The position numbers and the translations under genes were made by a program. This document shows, piece after piece, positions 60,524 through 64,000 of a stretch of DNA of 64,000 nucleotides (positions are counted from its first letter, which is position 1; every line of letters starts with the position of its first letter). The notes beneath the pieces are model-generated. The model did no database searches, was not told where the DNA came from, and worked only from the letters and a program-made list of their open reading frames with translations. Source of the DNA: a bacterium (lineage in GTDB: Bacteria; Zhuqueibacterota; Zhuqueibacteria; Residuimicrobiales; Krinioviventaceae); assembly GCA_963675755.2 (NCBI GenBank), contig CAXXMD010000002.1, forward strand, positions 992,001 through 1,056,000, in the 5' to 3' direction.

Positions 60524-61852
60524 TTATTTAAATATGGTCAACAATTGTTCTATAGTCTGACTAAAATCCGCTTTTTCATATTGACGTTGTTTTAAAAATG
60601 TACGTATGTTTTCAATATGATTTATAGCAAAGTCAATTTTGGGATTATTGCCTTTAATATATGCGCCAATATTGATCAAATCTTCAGCTTCCTGATAAGT
60701 TGCAAGCGCATCTCTTAATTTTAATGCTGATAACAAATGCTTTTCCGGGATAATATCATTCATCACACGGCTTACACTTTGCAATACATCTATAGCAGGA
60801 TAATGATTCTGTTCTGCCAAGCGTCTGGACAAGACCATGTGTCCATCCAAAATAGATCGTACAGTATCAGCTATCGGATCATTCATATCATCACTCTCAA
60901 CCAAGACTGTATAAAATCCTGTTATACTGCCTTTATCAGACATACCGGCACGTTCAAGCAATCTTGGCATTAAAGCAAATACAGAAGGTGTATAACCTTT
61001 GGTAGTTGGAGGTTCACCCACAGCTAAACCAATTTCACGCTGAGCCATTGCAACACGGGTCACTGAATCCATCATTAATACTACCCGGTTTCCCTGATCT
61101 CTAAAAAACTCTGCAATAGAGGTGGCTATTTGTGCGCCACGGATTCTTAAAACGGCTGCCTGATCAGATGTTACAACTACAACAACTGATTTTTTCAATC
61201 CATCTTCGCCCAGACTGTTTTCAATAAATTCATTGACTTCACGCCCACGTTCACCAATCAGTGCAATAACATTTACATCAGCATTACTGCTCCTGGCAAT
61301 CATTCCTAATAATACACTCTTGCCAACACCACTTCCGGCAAATATTCCCATTCTCTGGCCTTCGCCACAAGTGATCATGCTGTCAATAGACCTTATGCCT
61401 GTTGTTAAAGGTTCTGTGATTCTGGGACGCGACAATGCAGATGGTGGATCCTGATTGATGTTGGCTTTCTCTGTAGTAATGATAGGGCCCTTGCCATCAA
61501 TAGGATTTCCATAACCATCCAGTACCCGTCCCAACAGATTGGTGCCAACCTGAAGTGTCAACGTTTGTTTCTCTGTTGATACTTTACAACCGGCACTTAT
61601 GCCATTTGTATCTGAAAATGGCATAAGCAGCACATGATCTCCATCAAGTCCAACAACTTCTGCAGCTTTTTTTTCACCAGGTGTTGTTGTCTCTATCCAG
61701 CAGATATTACCAACTGATACATTCGGACCACGAGATTCAACCAAAAGGCCTTTAACACGAGATACCTGACCTCTAAACTGAATGGCATTGCATTCTTCCA
61801 GAGCCTTGATAGCATTGTTCATAATCAAATTGTTATATTCAATCATTGCCAT
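60524..61852 (-). CDS. fliI: Flagellar export ATPase FliI
   Basis: AGSGVGKS, LIGERGREV, MDSVTR, GEPP. ATG at 61852 has a GGAG RBS. Confidence 0.97.
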   Translation of the reverse strand: MAMIEYNNLIMNNAIKALEECNAIQFRGQVSRVKGLLVESRGPNVSVGNICWIETTTPGEKKAAEVVGLDGDHVLLMPFSDTNGISAGCKVSTEKQTLTLQVGTNLLGRVLDGYGNPIDGKGPIITTEKANINQDPPSALSRPRITEPLTTGIRSIDSMITCGEGQRMGIFAGSGVGKSVLLGMIARSSNADVNVIALIGERGREVNEFIENSLGEDGLKKSVVVVVTSDQAAVLRIRGAQIATSIAEFFRDQGNRVVLMMDSVTRVAMAQREIGLAVGEPPTTKGYTPSVFALMPRLLERAGMSDKGSITGFYTVLVESDDMNDPIADTVRSILDGHMVLSRRLAEQNHYPAIDVLQSVSRVMNDIIPEKHLLSALKLRDALATYQEAEDLINIGAYIKGNNPKIDFAINHIENIRTFLKQRQYEKADFSQTIEQLLTIFK

Positions 61853-62492
61853 CAGTATCTCCAAGAAAACTTTCAATGAGCGATTTTTGCAATATTTCTA
61901 GCTGCTTATCAATACGCGCGTCAATATCACCACTTTCAGTAGCAATTATGCAACTGCCTTTATCAATATCCGCATGTTCTTCAAGCTTGATTTTTTTGTC
62001 GAAATAATCTTTTTTAATTGCAGGTAAATGCTTTTCAAGAATTTTTTTATCATCAGGATTCACCTGAATCAAAAGTTCATCATCATTTCCGCTTGAACGA
62101 ATAGCATTATTTACAATATCTAGTATAAATGTATCATCAATTTCTATTTTATCATAAATTACTTTTTGTGCTACTGCCATTGCAAGTGTAGCAACCTTTG
62201 TATTAAATTCATCATAAAAGATAGCACGACTGTTCATGAAAAGATTCACCTCATGAGATAAAGCAGTCAGCAAAGCATTCACATGAGCCAGTTCCTGCAC
62301 TTTACTCTTTTCAATCTGCAGGTTATCATATTTTAATTTGATTTCCTGTGCAGCAAGATCAAGTTCTTTTTGCCGTGTCTCCATTTCGGCTTTTTTAATA
62401 ATGGTTTGTTTCGGTTTGAGTTGCTCAGCAACCCGCCTAACATCTTCCATTTCTCTAACCGGGAATGGCATATTTAATTTAAGATTATACAT
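61839..62492 (-). CDS. fliH: FliH
   Basis: IQVNPDD, DIDKGSCIIATESGDIDARIDKQL. Start moved to the ATG overlapping the fliG stop. Confidence 0.85.
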   Translation of the reverse strand: MYNLKLNMPFPVREMEDVRRVAEQLKPKQTIIKKAEMETRQKELDLAAQEIKLKYDNLQIEKSKVQELAHVNALLTALSHEVNLFMNSRAIFYDEFNTKVATLAMAVAQKVIYDKIEIDDTFILDIVNNAIRSSGNDDELLIQVNPDDKKILEKHLPAIKKDYFDKKIKLEEHADIDKGSCIIATESGDIDARIDKQLEILQKSLIESFLGDTDGND

Positions 62493-63498
62493 AAACTTCA
62501 CGATCCGATGTTGGCAGTGCAACTTCGCCAGCTTCAACAAGCTTTTTAATCTGCTGTGCAATTTGTTGTTGTACAGCTTCCACTTCAGACAACCTGACTT
62601 TACCAAGATATTCAACTTCTTCGTTAAGAATATTTTTAGCACGATCAGACATATTGTCAAAGATCCTGTTTTTCAATTCATCTGGTGATACCTTGAGAGC
62701 AAGTGCAAGATCTTTCATTTCAATATCACGCATGAGACGTTGAATTGCATTATCGTCCAATTGAATAATGATATCGAATACAAACATACGTTTTTCAACT
62801 TCTTTAGCCAGATCATCATCATAATCTTCAAGGGCTTTAAGAGCACTTTTCTCAGCTTTCTGACCGATAAAGTTAAGTATAGCAGCAACCTTGTCGGCAC
62901 CACCAGCTTTTTCATGCCTAATTCTCAGATCCATACTGGATGAGAGAGCATGTTCAACTTCACCAACAAGACTACTATCAATGGATTTCATAAGAGTAAG
63001 ACGGATGATAATCTCATTTCGCATATTCTCATCAAATTTTGAAAGAATGGAACCAGCTTGTTCAGAATCCAACTGCGAAAGAATAAAAGCAACTGTTTGT
63101 GGATGTTCTTCAGAAAGCATCTGAATAAATTGTTCAGGGTGCAATTTACCGATAACACCAATATCATGTACATCATTGGTACGACGAAGTTTATCGATAA
63201 TTTTCATTGCACGACCAGAATCAAGTGCTTCAACAAGTACGTCACGGGCATAATCAATACCACCCGCAACCATATATTTTTGACCCATGATTAAATTTTG
63301 AAATTCTTCAATCACCTGTTCAAATTGATCAGAGGGAACATTTTCAAGAATAGCCATTTCCCTGGTGATTAATTCAATTTCCTGATCATTGAGTTCTTTA
63401 AAAACAGCAGCAGCAGCTTTTGAACCTAATCCGATTAGTAAAATGGCTGATTTACGAATACCAACACCATGACTACTAAGTTTGTTTTCACCATCCAT
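62485..63498 (-). CDS. fliG: Rotor protein FliG
   Basis: GGIDYA, EEHPQTVA, MFVFD, NMSDRA. Confidence 0.97.
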   Translation of the reverse strand: MDGENKLSSHGVGIRKSAILLIGLGSKAAAAVFKELNDQEIELITREMAILENVPSDQFEQVIEEFQNLIMGQKYMVAGGIDYARDVLVEALDSGRAMKIIDKLRRTNDVHDIGVIGKLHPEQFIQMLSEEHPQTVAFILSQLDSEQAGSILSKFDENMRNEIIIRLTLMKSIDSSLVGEVEHALSSSMDLRIRHEKAGGADKVAAILNFIGQKAEKSALKALEDYDDDLAKEVEKRMFVFDIIIQLDDNAIQRLMRDIEMKDLALALKVSPDELKNRIFDNMSDRAKNILNEEVEYLGKVRLSEVEAVQQQIAQQIKKLVEAGEVALPTSDREVYV

Positions 63499-63501
63499 AT
63501 C

Positions 63502-63999
63502 TTAACCTTCCGACAACCAGGCACGGATCAATTGTGCCGTCATACTTGGATTATTAACTATATAATTTGAAATATCTTCATTACGCTGTAATGGGCCAGC
63601 AGTAGCTTTTTCAATTTCTTCTAAAAAGTCGATATCATCTTCCTCTGGTGCTTCAAGTGATCCTGCCATTTCAGAATCATAATCTCCACCTTCAAGTTGA
63701 GGAGTAGAATCTCCAAAAATCTCTCTTTTACCTCTGTTCATTCGAGCTCTGAATATTAAAAATCCTACAACTAACAGTAATACTGTTGCTGCTTTTTGAA
63801 TCAGGTCTCCCCATTTTTCCCAGAATGTTATTTGTTTGTTTAATTCTTCCAGGGTTAACCAGGTTTGGCCTTCAAAAGCAAGATTATGTACAACCAGCTG
63901 ATCGCCACGATCATCACTAATACCAATTGCATTTCGTGTTAATGTTTCAATCTGGGATATTTCTTCAGGGGTACGGGGGCTGTATTCAATAACCGTTTC
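63502..63999 (-). CDS. fliF: MS-ring FliF, C-terminal part (truncated by the window)
   Basis: Manual translation: ...PRTPEEISQIETLTRNAIGISDDRGDQLVVHNLAF...TM...NPSMTAQLIRAWL. Confidence 0.93.
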   Translation of the reverse strand, partial: ETVIEYSPRTPEEISQIETLTRNAIGISDDRGDQLVVHNLAFEGQTWLTLEELNKQITFWEKWGDLIQKAATVLLLVVGFLIFRARMNRGKREIFGDSTPQLEGGDYDSEMAGSLEAPEEDDIDFLEEIEKATAGPLQRNEDISNYIVNNPSMTAQLIRAWLSEG

Positions 64000-64000
64000 A

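Noticed and set aside
62493-62660. Extended FliH N-terminus in the ORF track
   Set aside because: It overlaps fliG by about 170 nt; the ATG at 62492, coupled to the fliG stop, is more plausible.
533-63294. Many short ORFs antisense to or overlapping the main genes
   Set aside because: They are shadows of well-supported CDSs with no recognisable motifs.

Overview
AT-rich bacterial DNA. About 59 kb (5078-64000) is one co-oriented, minus-strand flagellar and chemotaxis supercluster. In transcription order it runs fliF(partial)-fliG-H-I-J, a MotE/YlxF-like gene, fliK, flgD, a TIGR02530-like gene, flgE, motAB, fliL, fliM, fliY/N, fliOPQR, flhBAFG, fliA, a chemosensory block (cheY, cheX, cheA, MCP, cheW, MCP, parA, extended cheW, RR, cheR, cheD, cheY, cheX, cheB), flgFGAHIJNKL, fliW-csrA, a TPR/glycosyltransferase island, fliC, fliS, fliD, flaG, a chaperone-like gene and flgM. 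The first 5 kb hold a partial carbohydrate-enzyme gene, a sugar porter, an M16 protease and an unlisted 58-aa Cys-rich ORF. FlgH/FlgI imply a diderm cell. The gene mix suggests an FCB-related or candidate-phylum lineage (inference only). I read five sigma28-type and two sigma54-type promoters, a CsrA hairpin and several terminators by eye. Best leads: (1) a GC-rich two-hairpin RNA between a putative RNase-fold gene and flgE; (2) a 1421-aa FliK ruler; (3) a switch lacking the CheY-binding peptide, alongside degenerate FlhF/FlhG; (4) a ParA next to a CheW with a ParB-like N-terminal peptide; (5) a TPR-GT4-(alpha/alpha)6 fusion near flagellin. No rRNA, tRNA, CRISPR or mobile element was seen. All calls are by-eye motif recognition; no searches were run.
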